The translations under genes and the position numbers were made by a program. 64,000 nucleotides of DNA from an archaeon. GTDB lineage: Archaea > Nanobdellota > Nanobdellia > Pacearchaeales > GW2011-AR1. Below the pieces are notes generated by a model. The model was not told the DNA's origin. It saw only the letters and a program-made list of their open reading frames with translations, and did not search any database. This document shows positions 29,573 to 38,906 of this stretch, in pieces (the first letter of the stretch is position 1; each line of letters starts with the position of its first letter). The DNA is taken from contig JABHNB010000005.1 of NCBI GenBank assembly GCA_018694115.1, positions 374-64,373 of the forward strand, read 5' to 3'.

Positions 29573-30079
29573 ATGAAAAAGGAAGTGAAACAGAACATTA
29601 CTTTCGCAATAATTATTTTAGCAGCAATTCTTCTACTTGCCTTTGCAGATTATATCGTCCTAGAAAAGATTTATCATCCCCTAAGCCAACAATTCAATAT
29701 CTCTTGGGATGTTTTTAGCGCGAACCCTTTCGGAGTGATTCTCCCAATGCAATGGTGGCATGTAGCATTTTTCACAATAGCCTTTGTAATGTTTGCCCTT
29801 CTTGGAGTCGCTGCAAAAAGTTGGAGACTTTGGCTATCCGGAACAATAATTTTTCTAACTGGGTGGGAAGACATTTTTTACTATCTAATTCAATTAAAAT
29901 GGCTTCCAAAAGAGCTTTCCTGGCTAGACGCCGCCCCGATGGGACTCTCGAGGTTCATAACACAATCTCCACATGTAACGAACGTTGGAGTAGTAATTTC
30001 AGCAATAATCGGACTAGCAGTCTCTGCAATGATTATCTTAAGATACAATCCAATAAAACTTTTCAGAAAAAAGAAATAA
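29573..30079 (+). CDS. Multi-pass membrane hypothetical protein
   Basis: About 4 hydrophobic helices, GWEDIFYY motif. Confidence 0.7.
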   Translation: MKKEVKQNITFAIIILAAILLLAFADYIVLEKIYHPLSQQFNISWDVFSANPFGVILPMQWWHVAFFTIAFVMFALLGVAAKSWRLWLSGTIIFLTGWEDIFYYLIQLKWLPKELSWLDAAPMGLSRFITQSPHVTNVGVVISAIIGLAVSAMIILRYNPIKLFRKKK

Positions 30080-30082
30080 AAC

Positions 30083-30505
30083 TTATTCAATAGAAACAAC
30101 CTTAATCTTAAAGATCAAAACCTTTCCAGCCATTGGATGGTTCATATCAAGCGTAACTTCAGTCTCGCCGATCTTTTCAATCTTAGCAGGAATCTGTTGA
30201 CCATTCGGTAATGGGATTCCAATCATCATTCCTTCTTTTGCTTCTGCAGGAAATTTATCCTTTGGAACCTTCTGAATTGCTTCAGGGTTTAGCGGACCAT
30301 AAGCTTCTTCAGGTTGAAGAGTAACTTCTTTTTCCTCACCAACATTCATTCCAATAACTGCCTTATCAAATCCAGAAACAACCATTCCTTCACCTGCTGT
30401 AAATTCTAACGGCTCACCATGTTTTTCAGAAGCGTCAAAGACTGTTCCGTCTTCAAACTTACCTTCATAATCAACTTTGATTTTATTGCCTTTTTCAACT
30501 GCCAT
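30083..30505 (-). CDS. FKBP-type peptidyl-prolyl isomerase (SlyD-like)
   Basis: YEGKFEDGTVFD, PEEAYG, DMNHPMAGK. Confidence 0.93.
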   Translation of the reverse strand: MAVEKGNKIKVDYEGKFEDGTVFDASEKHGEPLEFTAGEGMVVSGFDKAVIGMNVGEEKEVTLQPEEAYGPLNPEAIQKVPKDKFPAEAKEGMMIGIPLPNGQQIPAKIEKIGETEVTLDMNHPMAGKVLIFKIKVVSIE

Positions 30506-30543
30506 GTTTTATTTTAAGAATTACCCTATTTAAGTTTATGCTA

Positions 30544-30990
30544 TCAATATCTTACTTTATCCATATCGACTTCACCAGTCCAGGGATCTATCTCATCATC
30601 TGTTGGAGGATTAGGGGCACCTGGACCAAAAGTTCTATGACAATAATCTGCTGAAGCAGAAGGCTGATCACATACAAACTTTCGTGCCGCAGCATGACAA
30701 CGATACCATGCTTGTGCCTCTGCACTATGCATACGTCTCTGGTCCGGACTACCTTCTCTGAAAAATCTCATTCTAGCAACGCTTATGTTGGTCGTTGCAG
30801 TATATTCTTCAAGAAGACTTTGATCTGTTTTTTTAGAAGAATCTCCATCTGCCAAAAGCCTATCGCACATTCCTGGTGCAAATCTTCGAAGACCTTCAAC
30901 AAAATCTATGCCAAGATTCTTCATAACTGTCTCGGCAGGAAGGCCTGTTGCTTCTACAACATATGCTATTTGTTTTTGACTTGAATCCAT
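30544..30990 (-). CDS. hypothetical protein
   Basis: 148-aa ATG ORF with upstream TATA-like box. Confidence 0.65.
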   Translation of the reverse strand: MDSSQKQIAYVVEATGLPAETVMKNLGIDFVEGLRRFAPGMCDRLLADGDSSKKTDQSLLEEYTATTNISVARMRFFREGSPDQRRMHSAEAQAWYRCHAAARKFVCDQPSASADYCHRTFGPGAPNPPTDDEIDPWTGEVDMDKVRY

Positions 30991-31039
30991 AAAAAATCAG
31001 ACAAAATTCATTATTTAAAGATATCTATACTCTAGGTTC

Positions 31040-31630
31040 TTATGCTTGCATCTCTTTGATTCGCTTAAGAGCTGCCCGAACATTCTTATTCAACTGCTTC
31101 ATAGAATCTACTAACTGGGCTTTATTCTTAGTCCCGGTACAAACCAATTTTCCATTTGAGAAAAGAAGGAAAGTCGCTGTTGGTTCTTCTAACTTATAGA
31201 CCAATCCAGGAAACTGCTCTGGCTCATATTCTGTATTCTCTAGTTCAAGAGCAAGAGTGTTCAAATTCAAATCAAGATTGATAGCACCAGATGCAACAAT
31301 ATTCTGAACGGTAATTTTCGGCTTAATTGTAACTTTAACTCCTACCTTCTTCAATTGTTTGATAACTTGCTGAATAACTTCACGAACTTGAGCAATCGAT
31401 TTAGTACCTGTACAAACTAAATTACCCGAACTAAAAACAAGAACTGCAGATTTAGGTTTTTTAACCCTCAAGACTAATCCCGGAAAAGTATCTGGGTTAT
31501 ATTCAGTATTTGGCTGAGTTCTAGCCAACTTTGTCAAAGAAACTTCCTTGTCCAATGATGTTGTCGCAACAATATTTTGAACCTTAAGCGTAGTATCTTT
31601 ACCAGAAGATTTTTTTTTCGCTACTGCCAT
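31040..31630 (-). CDS. tbp: TATA-box binding protein
   Basis: Two repeats VQNIVA...EY(N/E)P..FPGLV...F(S)(S/N)G..VCTG. Confidence 0.97.
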   Translation of the reverse strand: MAVAKKKSSGKDTTLKVQNIVATTSLDKEVSLTKLARTQPNTEYNPDTFPGLVLRVKKPKSAVLVFSSGNLVCTGTKSIAQVREVIQQVIKQLKKVGVKVTIKPKITVQNIVASGAINLDLNLNTLALELENTEYEPEQFPGLVYKLEEPTATFLLFSNGKLVCTGTKNKAQLVDSMKQLNKNVRAALKRIKEMQA

Positions 31631-31686
31631 GCAATACTATCGAAAATTTCCTTTATAAAGGTTCCGAGGGGGAAATATTTCTAAAT

Positions 31687-33513
31687 TTAGCTCAAGTTCC
31701 CAGAATATCCCATCGGTTGGGTTGGTTGTGGCTGGGGGGCAGGTTGCACTTGCGCCTGTTGAAAAGGTTGTACCTGCTGAACCTGTTGTTCTTGTTGGGG
31801 AATTTGAGGGTCAGAAGGTGGGGGACTTTGTGGGGGACTTTCTTGGACCTGCCCTTCCGCACTCCCAGATTTTCTTTTACTTATAATAAGCCAGAGAATG
31901 ATAAGTGCAATAATTATCACTCCGAAGATTATTGCCAAGATAATTATTATCCAACGCCACAATCCTGATCCAGAACCCTCTTTACAAGTTTTACTTTCAG
32001 GAGATTTTCCATCATCTGTTCCGCAAGAATTAATATCTGTACATACTCTCGTTTGAGTTCCATTCTCTGAACATTCTTCAGGTTGCCAAGATGTACAATT
32101 CCAATCCGGAGTACAATAAGCACTACATGACTTAGTTAAATTAGGTTTTCCCAGATTAGTTCCACAAGAATTAATATCCTCACAAGTTCTTGTTTGTTGA
32201 CCATTAGAACATGGGGACCAAGATGTACAATTCCAATTTAGGGCACAACCATCCATATACTCGATAACTGCAGAATTATCTAATCCTGAAACCTTGAAAT
32301 GGGTTCCATTATTTTCTAGACTACATAAAATTTTTAATCCGGTGTGAGGACAACTGATCAATTCCTCATTTGATCCAGAACAATCCACACTCACTTCACC
32401 AATAGAATCAATTTCCTCATCTTTGATACAGATTTTATCCGAACTTGAATTTAATTTGTTAACCAAAATAGTTTTATCTACCTTGATGCCCCTAACTAGC
32501 AGATATCCTAGGTCTGCAGAAGATAATTGTTTTTGTACATATATTTTATCTAAGTTAAGAACCGATGAAAAGTCCCAGTCAAATTCTACCACCACATCAT
32601 TTCCAGATTTTAGCTCTACTTTTGTTTCTCCAAAATCCGAATAGTCTTTAGAAGAATTCCCCGAGGTTCCATTAATGTAAACTGCGAGAGTAACTCTTGA
32701 AGTATCCAGATCTGAAAAGTTTCCAATAACACTATCGTTACCATAATCACAGTACTCTGTTTCATTTGAAGGTTTACCAACTTCTGATCCGCAAGAATTA
32801 TCATCCACATAATATGTTGTTATTCTGTCATCTGATTGACAAGAATTATTTTGGGCAGTCCAATTAGCAGTACACGAGACTATTGGAGAAAGAGAGAAAA
32901 GATACCAGTCTGCAGAATAGTTTGCCATCCCAACACCTGCATGATACTTCAATTCAGAACCATCATTTGAATTCTCGTCAAATAAATAAACCAAAAAAGA
33001 TGATTCGGAAGCTTCTCCCCACAATGTCGGGGTGATTTTGAAAACTGAGTCAAATACGTCATACACCTCGGTTATCGTGATACTTCTATTTTGCAAATCT
33101 AGATCGATATCAAGGTCACCAATTATTTGCGTAATTTCCTCAGAAGAAATTTCGGTTATCGAAGTCATTTGATCCTTATACGCCTGTGTTGAGTTTGCTC
33201 TAAAAGCCTGTATCGCCACATTTCCTCCAATATCCTTTCCAGAAAGAAGGTAGATAAAATCTCCAACAACCTTATGCGCATAATAAGAGTTACACTTTTC
33301 GGATTCTGTAGAATTAATGATTACAGTAGTGCCCAAACTATTCTCCTCAAAAATTGAGTCCCATGTTGCCCTTATACTCTCATCAGAACAGTCGGCAGGG
33401 ATGGTGGGAGTAAAAACTGCATTTCCGGTAATAGAATTATTAGATAGCGAAAGCAAACTAAAAACAACTAGCGTTAGTACAATTGTTCCAAAAATCACTA
33501 TTCCTCTTTTCAT
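31687..33513 (-). CDS. Cell-surface protein with Cys-rich thrombospondin-1-like repeats, C-terminal TM and Q/P-rich tail
   Basis: N-terminal signal, many N-x-S/T sequons, WNCTSW..C...QTR.C.DINSCGT repeats, TM anchor. Confidence 0.78.
   Translation of the reverse strand: MKRGIVIFGTIVLTLVVFSLLSLSNNSITGNAVFTPTIPADCSDESIRATWDSIFEENSLGTTVIINSTESEKCNSYYAHKVVGDFIYLLSGKDIGGNVAIQAFRANSTQAYKDQMTSITEISSEEITQIIGDLDIDLDLQNRSITITEVYDVFDSVFKITPTLWGEASESSFLVYLFDENSNDGSELKYHAGVGMANYSADWYLFSLSPIVSCTANWTAQNNSCQSDDRITTYYVDDNSCGSEVGKPSNETEYCDYGNDSVIGNFSDLDTSRVTLAVYINGTSGNSSKDYSDFGETKVELKSGNDVVVEFDWDFSSVLNLDKIYVQKQLSSADLGYLLVRGIKVDKTILVNKLNSSSDKICIKDEEIDSIGEVSVDCSGSNEELISCPHTGLKILCSLENNGTHFKVSGLDNSAVIEYMDGCALNWNCTSWSPCSNGQQTRTCEDINSCGTNLGKPNLTKSCSAYCTPDWNCTSWQPEECSENGTQTRVCTDINSCGTDDGKSPESKTCKEGSGSGLWRWIIIILAIIFGVIIIALIILWLIISKRKSGSAEGQVQESPPQSPPPSDPQIPQQEQQVQQVQPFQQAQVQPAPQPQPTQPMGYSGNLS
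31984..32247 (-). repeat. Two tandem TSP1-like Cys/Trp modules
   Basis: Shared DNA blocks agatgtacaattccaat and caagaattaatatc in both modules. Confidence 0.75.
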
Positions 33514-33550
33514 TATCTATCAATAATATCTAGATTTATAATATTACCTC

Positions 33551-35251
33551 TTATTTCTCCGCTTCACTTTCAATTTCTTTAAGCGTTGCAATATCTCCTT
33601 TTCCTCTATCCGGCCTCAATCTCAAAATTCTTGGAAACCTCAAGGCATAACCACTTGAATATGTTGGAGATTTTTGAATATTCTGATACTGAACACTAAC
33701 CACGATTTCAGGTTCAACAGAAATCTTCCTTCCACCTTCAGAAAGAACTAACTTCTTCAACATTTCAGTCATTTCATCAAATGATAGTCCCTCTTCTCGC
33801 TTTTCCTTCAATCCTGTAGAAACTTTACCCATGTCTAGTAATTCTCCACCCTTACCCAAACAAGAAACATCAAAACTAGTTAGCCATCCTGCCCGCTTAC
33901 CAGTCCCCCATTCTGCCCCCGTAATTACCAAATCAAAATCTTTATCCTCTGGCTTCAGCTTTACTGCGTGTCCAATCCGCGCTCCAGGCTTGTAGGGGGC
34001 AGATAAACTCTTCGCCATCAAACCTTCCTGGCCTTCCTCAAGGGCTTTTGCATAGAAAGTTTCAACTTCCTTCGCATCTTCTGAGATAATTTGATCTGCC
34101 AAGGTAATCTTAAATTTCTCTTGACGAACGATCTTTTCAATTAATTCCCGTCTATTTCCAAACTCTTCTCCAATCAATGAATTTCCATCATGAAAGATAA
34201 TATCAAAAACAACTAATTCAATTGGAAGCTCCTTCACTAATCTTTCAATGTGGTGCTTTCTTCTAATCCTTTGAGAGATCGCCTGAAATGCCTGATAAAT
34301 CTTTGTCTTTGAATCATACCCTACCGCCTCACAGTCGATAATGAAACTCTTTGCATTAACATTATTTTTTACAAACTCCACAATATCTGGGAACTGCCGA
34401 GTCACATCATCTAACCGGCGAGTAAAAATCTTAATTTCTCCCCCATCATCCTTGTTAATCATAACTCTGAACCCATCATACTTGTATTCAAACGCGGCAG
34501 GCTTCCCAACTATTCTAAACGCATCTTCAACCCCTGCAGCCTTGGGGAATAACATAACCTTAACAGGTTTTCCTGGAGATAGAACAATATCATCCAATTT
34601 TCTCTTACAGGCCTTTTCGAAAACTTCCGCAAAATCAGTAGCCTTATCATAAGCTGCCTGCACGGCTTCTTTAGCTTCTTTCTTTTCGTCCAGATCTCCC
34701 TGAGGATCAAAACAATGTTCAACAATGGCATCCCTCAACAATCCATTCCCAACGCCAACCTTCAAATCACTAAGAACCGTTCTAACAATGTATCTCGCTT
34801 CGATGGGGGAAGCAGAATTCAATAATTCAACAACATATCCAATTTTCCGATCAACAGTTCCTGCCCCAACTAATGTTGGCAACTTCCGAACATTCTGCAA
34901 AACTTTCTCAACTGTTAACTTTTTAGAAAATAACGCAGTTTGTTGTTTCTTTTTCCCAACCAGTGACTCGGCAACCTTTCCTAAATCTCCGATATCCCTA
35001 AATTCATCAACAACTTCCTTATCCCCAAGCCCTGTCGCACGAGAAATCGCACGAATTACCAATTGCAAACTCATTCCCAACTCATTTTTATCATAATCTG
35101 CAAAAGCCTTTCCCTGAAGAAGATAAATCAAGTCATATTCCCCGCTCTTTGCAATCTCCGCAAGAAAATCAGCAAGTATCGCAGTTTTCTCAAGCCCCTT
35201 GCTAGTTCCCTCTAATGCCTGATAAACCGAACATAATTTCGAATAATCCAT
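33551..35251 (-). CDS. lig: ATP-dependent DNA ligase
   Basis: EYKYDG, EGLMAK, ALRFPR. Confidence 0.96.
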   Translation of the reverse strand: MDYSKLCSVYQALEGTSKGLEKTAILADFLAEIAKSGEYDLIYLLQGKAFADYDKNELGMSLQLVIRAISRATGLGDKEVVDEFRDIGDLGKVAESLVGKKKQQTALFSKKLTVEKVLQNVRKLPTLVGAGTVDRKIGYVVELLNSASPIEARYIVRTVLSDLKVGVGNGLLRDAIVEHCFDPQGDLDEKKEAKEAVQAAYDKATDFAEVFEKACKRKLDDIVLSPGKPVKVMLFPKAAGVEDAFRIVGKPAAFEYKYDGFRVMINKDDGGEIKIFTRRLDDVTRQFPDIVEFVKNNVNAKSFIIDCEAVGYDSKTKIYQAFQAISQRIRRKHHIERLVKELPIELVVFDIIFHDGNSLIGEEFGNRRELIEKIVRQEKFKITLADQIISEDAKEVETFYAKALEEGQEGLMAKSLSAPYKPGARIGHAVKLKPEDKDFDLVITGAEWGTGKRAGWLTSFDVSCLGKGGELLDMGKVSTGLKEKREEGLSFDEMTEMLKKLVLSEGGRKISVEPEIVVSVQYQNIQKSPTYSSGYALRFPRILRLRPDRGKGDIATLKEIESEAEK

Positions 35252-35312
35252 ATTGTAATAAAAAAAAAGAAGTTTTTATACTTAATCTCGAGAGAGTTCA
35301 CCCAGAATCTTA

Positions 35313-35747
35313 CTATTCATCATCTTCGTTTATTCTCATGCCAAATCTCTCTTCTAATCTACCAATATAATCTCCATAACACGCAGTACTATATTTCCCA
35401 CCACCAAATATATCTCTAAGTTTTTCCATGGGCATATGCCCCTTATCCGCCATGTAAAGAGCAAAGAGTGCAGCGGGATGGTCCTGGAGAACTTCTCTAG
35501 CAACATAGTCTAATGCCTCTTTATCTCCCTTCTGAAATATGTCTATAGAATTAGATTCACTCCCAATTTCCCTCTCTGCGTCAAAACTTCCATCCAAGAT
35601 TTTCTCTCCAACCCAATCAATAATATCACACGGATAATATGCAGGTCTGCAAAAAGATTCCATTGCGATTGTCGCAAGGTCGCTAATCACCTGAGCCTTA
35701 TTTTCAGGGTCCGCACAATACTCATCAAGATTTATTCCCTCTCCCAT
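35313..35747 (-). CDS. hypothetical protein
   Basis: ATG at 35747 with TATA-like box upstream. Confidence 0.6.
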   Translation of the reverse strand: MGEGINLDEYCADPENKAQVISDLATIAMESFCRPAYYPCDIIDWVGEKILDGSFDAEREIGSESNSIDIFQKGDKEALDYVAREVLQDHPAALFALYMADKGHMPMEKLRDIFGGGKYSTACYGDYIGRLEERFGMRINEDDE

Positions 35748-35792
35748 AAATTTTACAATGCCCCCATATTTATAAATATTTATGTGGTCCAA

Positions 35793-36326
35793 TCATTCCC
35801 GAACTTGCAGAACCTTATTACTCTGGTAGAAATCTTCCACTGAATTAATATCCCACCAACCAGCTAAATGGGGAACAACGATCAGTTGAGGATCATGAAA
35901 TGGAACTCTGCCGGGGGTGAGAACTTTTCCAAAAGGTTCGGCCTTACTTCTGATCTGAACAAGTTCACTTCCTTCAAACTCCCAACCCCTTCGCACAAAT
36001 ACATTTCTTATTGCAATATCTTGGATATGTGTCGCAACATTATTTTGAATTGAGTAGTCTAAACCAGATTCCCGATCAGATTCATCAATATCATAAACAT
36101 CTAAGGCCGTATCTCTTAATTGGGCCCATAGTGTCTCCCTTCTGATAGAATCCTGTAAATATGATTCCTCAAATAATTTACATACTTCTGGAAATTGAAT
36201 AAATCCCTCGGCATGTTTATGGACAATCCTCCAATTAGACTTGCCATATTCAGAATCATATCCCGCAATTATCTCTGCCTTTTTATCTCCGAAAACTCCG
36301 GGCCTCTCAATATTTTTCCAACCCAT
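35793..36326 (-). CDS. hypothetical protein, tandem paralog B
   Basis: MGWKNIERPG start matches neighbour; HIQDIAIR; EDFYQSNKVLQV. Confidence 0.8.
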   Translation of the reverse strand: MGWKNIERPGVFGDKKAEIIAGYDSEYGKSNWRIVHKHAEGFIQFPEVCKLFEESYLQDSIRRETLWAQLRDTALDVYDIDESDRESGLDYSIQNNVATHIQDIAIRNVFVRRGWEFEGSELVQIRSKAEPFGKVLTPGRVPFHDPQLIVVPHLAGWWDINSVEDFYQSNKVLQVRE

Positions 36327-36327
36327 T

Positions 36328-36876
36328 TTATTTCCAAACCTGAAGAACTTTATTCCTTTGATAGAAATCTTCAATAGTCTTCTCATACCACCAAGTCCCC
36401 TTTCCGCCGTAATCTTTTACTTCTCCAGGAACTATAAGTTCTGGCATATGGAATGGAACAACTCCCGGATTTAGCATCATTCCATCACTCCCTAACCATC
36501 TTATATGCAATAAATCTTCTCCTTGAAATTCCTTTCCAAGTCTTGCCACGGATTTTCTCACGGCAATATCATGAATATGCTTATTTGGTGTTTCTTGGCG
36601 AGTATAATCAAACTTAGACTTAACATTTGAGGTGGCAGTATCATAGACATCTGAATAAGAAGAAACCAGCCATTCCAATATATCCAAATTCTTCTTAAAA
36701 AATTCACAATACCCATCTTCGTAAAGTTGGATTGCAAATTCTCTAGAAACAATCTCATTATTCCATTGATATGTGAGCCTCCAATTATTCTTTCCAAATT
36801 GCTCATTCCAATTACTAACAACCTCGTCTCTCTTTTTTCCAAGATATCCTGGACGCTCAATAGTTTCCCACCCCAT
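36328..36876 (-). CDS. hypothetical protein, tandem paralog A
   Basis: MGWETIERPG; HIHDIAVR; EDFYQRNKVLQV. Confidence 0.8.
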   Translation of the reverse strand: MGWETIERPGYLGKKRDEVVSNWNEQFGKNNWRLTYQWNNEIVSREFAIQLYEDGYCEFFKKNLDILEWLVSSYSDVYDTATSNVKSKFDYTRQETPNKHIHDIAVRKSVARLGKEFQGEDLLHIRWLGSDGMMLNPGVVPFHMPELIVPGEVKDYGGKGTWWYEKTIEDFYQRNKVLQVWK

Positions 36877-36999
36877 AACCAAAATAAATTTATCTTCCTT
36901 TATAATATTTTATATCTTAGAGTTAACACCGCTCCAGGCCCACCAGGGTCATGTCGTTTGAGACCAAACTTTTATAAAACAAAAGTAATTGAATAACTC

Positions 37000-37323
37000 A
37001 TGGAAATCGAAACATCTGACGCAACATTTCAACAAGACGTTATTGAAAAATCAAAAACGACCCCAGTTCTTGTAGACTTTTGGGCAAGCTGGTGCGGACC
37101 TTGTGTAATGCTTAAACCAATCTTAGAAAAGGTTGCAGCAGATTATGAAGGCAAATTCATTCTAGCAAAGATGGACGTCGAGAAGAACCAAGAAGTCCCT
37201 CCAAAATATAATATCATGTCGATCCCGGCAGTAAAACTTTTCAAGAACGGAGAGGTTATCGACGAGTTCGTCGGTGCACAACCAGAAGCAACTATTCGAG
37301 AGTGGCTTGATCAGAAGTTATAA
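37000..37323 (+). CDS. trxA: Thioredoxin
   Basis: WCGPC active site. Confidence 0.96.
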   Translation: MEIETSDATFQQDVIEKSKTTPVLVDFWASWCGPCVMLKPILEKVAADYEGKFILAKMDVEKNQEVPPKYNIMSIPAVKLFKNGEVIDEFVGAQPEATIREWLDQKL

Positions 37324-37503
37324 TTAATCTTCCCCATTCCACCAATCTGTCCTAAGCCTATAATCAATTTTATTTCTTCCTTCTCCACGATTTGTTTGAT
37401 AATATGGAATAGTCCTTCCTGATTGAATATGTCTTGGATGACGCAGACGTCTCCTTAATGCAAGATTCTTTCTACTAGAATAACGACGTTCACCACTTTT
37501 CAT
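37324..37503 (-). CDS. Small Arg-rich protein (59 aa, below ORF-track cutoff)
   Basis: Manual translation MKSGERRYSSRKNLALRRRLRHPRH...DWWNGED; starts 3 nt after the L15e stop and exactly fills the gap to trxA. Confidence 0.65.
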   Translation of the reverse strand: MKSGERRYSSRKNLALRRRLRHPRHIQSGRTIPYYQTNRGEGRNKIDYRLRTDWWNGED

Positions 37504-37506
37504 TAA

Positions 37507-38073
37507 TTAGTTTCCTCTTCGTCTGTTTGCTCTCAAACTAGGTCTAACCTTCGGAGCTTTAACAGGAGAGTTTCTTAATCCTCTTGCCTTTCGAGAAGTT
37601 GAGGTTATTGCCCTCAAGGATCTTCCCTTTGGTGCTTTAACAAGCGGACCTAATTGCTTATCGTTCTTAATCTCTGGAGAAGCTCTATCAACAAGAATAA
37701 CTTCATAGAAATAATGTAGTCCATCCTTTCCAATGTTATAAGAATTCAAAACTTCCATGTTTGTAAACTTTCTAGCAACTCTCTGCTCTGCAATCTCTTT
37801 ATAGTTCAATCTTAGATTCTTTCTAATATGTAATCTCTTAGTTCTTCTAGCTTTATTTGGTCTGGATCTCTTATGTCCACCACGCTTTAATCTAACTCTT
37901 ACTACAACAACACCCTTCTTTGCCTTATATCCTAGTGCTCGTGCCCTGTCTAATCTAAGTGGCTTCTCTACCTTTACAATCGTGTTCCCCTTACGCCACT
38001 CAATCATCCTTGCTCTAAGTGTCTTTACGTCTGGCTTTTTCCAAGCCTCTCTAAGATATTTTGTTATTCCCAT
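37507..38073 (-). CDS. rpl15e: 50S ribosomal protein L15e
   Basis: RLDRARALGYKAKKG, EVLNSY, YEVILVD. Confidence 0.96.
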   Translation of the reverse strand: MGITKYLREAWKKPDVKTLRARMIEWRKGNTIVKVEKPLRLDRARALGYKAKKGVVVVRVRLKRGGHKRSRPNKARRTKRLHIRKNLRLNYKEIAEQRVARKFTNMEVLNSYNIGKDGLHYFYEVILVDRASPEIKNDKQLGPLVKAPKGRSLRAITSTSRKARGLRNSPVKAPKVRPSLRANRRRGN

Positions 38074-38136
38074 GTTCTATTCTCGAAATTTCGGTTTTTA
38101 AATCTAAGTATTGCTACTTTTGGATTTAAATTCCAA

Positions 38137-38210
38137 TGAGCCTGCTGGGATTTGAACCCAGGACCCCCGCCTTATCAGAGCGATGCGCTACCTGACTGCG
38201 CTACAGGCTC
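38137..38210 (-). tRNA. tRNA-Ile(GAT)
   Basis: Cloverleaf with GAGCCTG/CAGGCTC acceptor stem, anticodon loop CT-GAT-AA, TTCAAAT T-loop; no encoded CCA. Confidence 0.95.
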
Positions 38211-38242
38211 GTAACTATTAACCGAAATATTGATTTATAAAA

Positions 38243-38866
38243 CTAACCTTTCAACTCAAGAAACACTTTTTCATCCCTAACTTCATATCCAATCACCTCG
38301 ATCGTCATGGGGATAATTTTAACATAACATTTATCGGAGGAGTATGCTCGGATTTCCAATCCCTGCTCCAATTTTGTAACAACAACGTCTTTCTTAGAAT
38401 GAACTCCTGGTGTTGAGATTTCATAGATGATGCTATCTGCAAGTCTCCGGACCCTAGATTCCGCATCTTTCCGAGGAAGTCCTGCACGCCTTTCTGCCTC
38501 TTCTTCAGAAATATCTTCAACAAGAACTGGCTCTTTTTCTACTGGCTTCTGAACCATCTGCTTAACTTGGGGTTTCCCCGTAGAAACATGAATTTTAAAT
38601 CCCTTTGGGATTCCATTCGGAGATTCGCCCACATTTCCTAATTGCTTTTCTAACTGATTAACTAATGTTTCAACGATTCTTCCCATTCCCAATGGAAGTC
38701 CTGCTCCGACGTTACTCAATTGTTTTCCAACGACGTTATCATCTCGCCCAAGCATTCCAAAATTCTCTTGTTCTTTCTTTGCCTTAATGGATTCACCACA
38801 CCACGGACAATAACCAAACTTCCTATCAATCTTCTTCGCGCACGAGGGACATTTCTTTTTTAACAT
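38243..38866 (-). CDS. Zn-ribbon protein with Hsp20-like C-terminal domain
   Basis: CPSC...CPWC; C-terminal YEISTPGV...LEIRA beta-sandwich pattern. Confidence 0.65.
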   Translation of the reverse strand: MLKKKCPSCAKKIDRKFGYCPWCGESIKAKKEQENFGMLGRDDNVVGKQLSNVGAGLPLGMGRIVETLVNQLEKQLGNVGESPNGIPKGFKIHVSTGKPQVKQMVQKPVEKEPVLVEDISEEEAERRAGLPRKDAESRVRRLADSIIYEISTPGVHSKKDVVVTKLEQGLEIRAYSSDKCYVKIIPMTIEVIGYEVRDEKVFLELKG

Positions 38867-38906
38867 ATTTTATTGAGACAAAATTTACTTTTAAACTTTT
38901 ACATGA

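Noticed and set aside
31040..31630. Internal repeat in TBP
   Set aside because: Normal two-fold architecture of TBP, with diverged DNA
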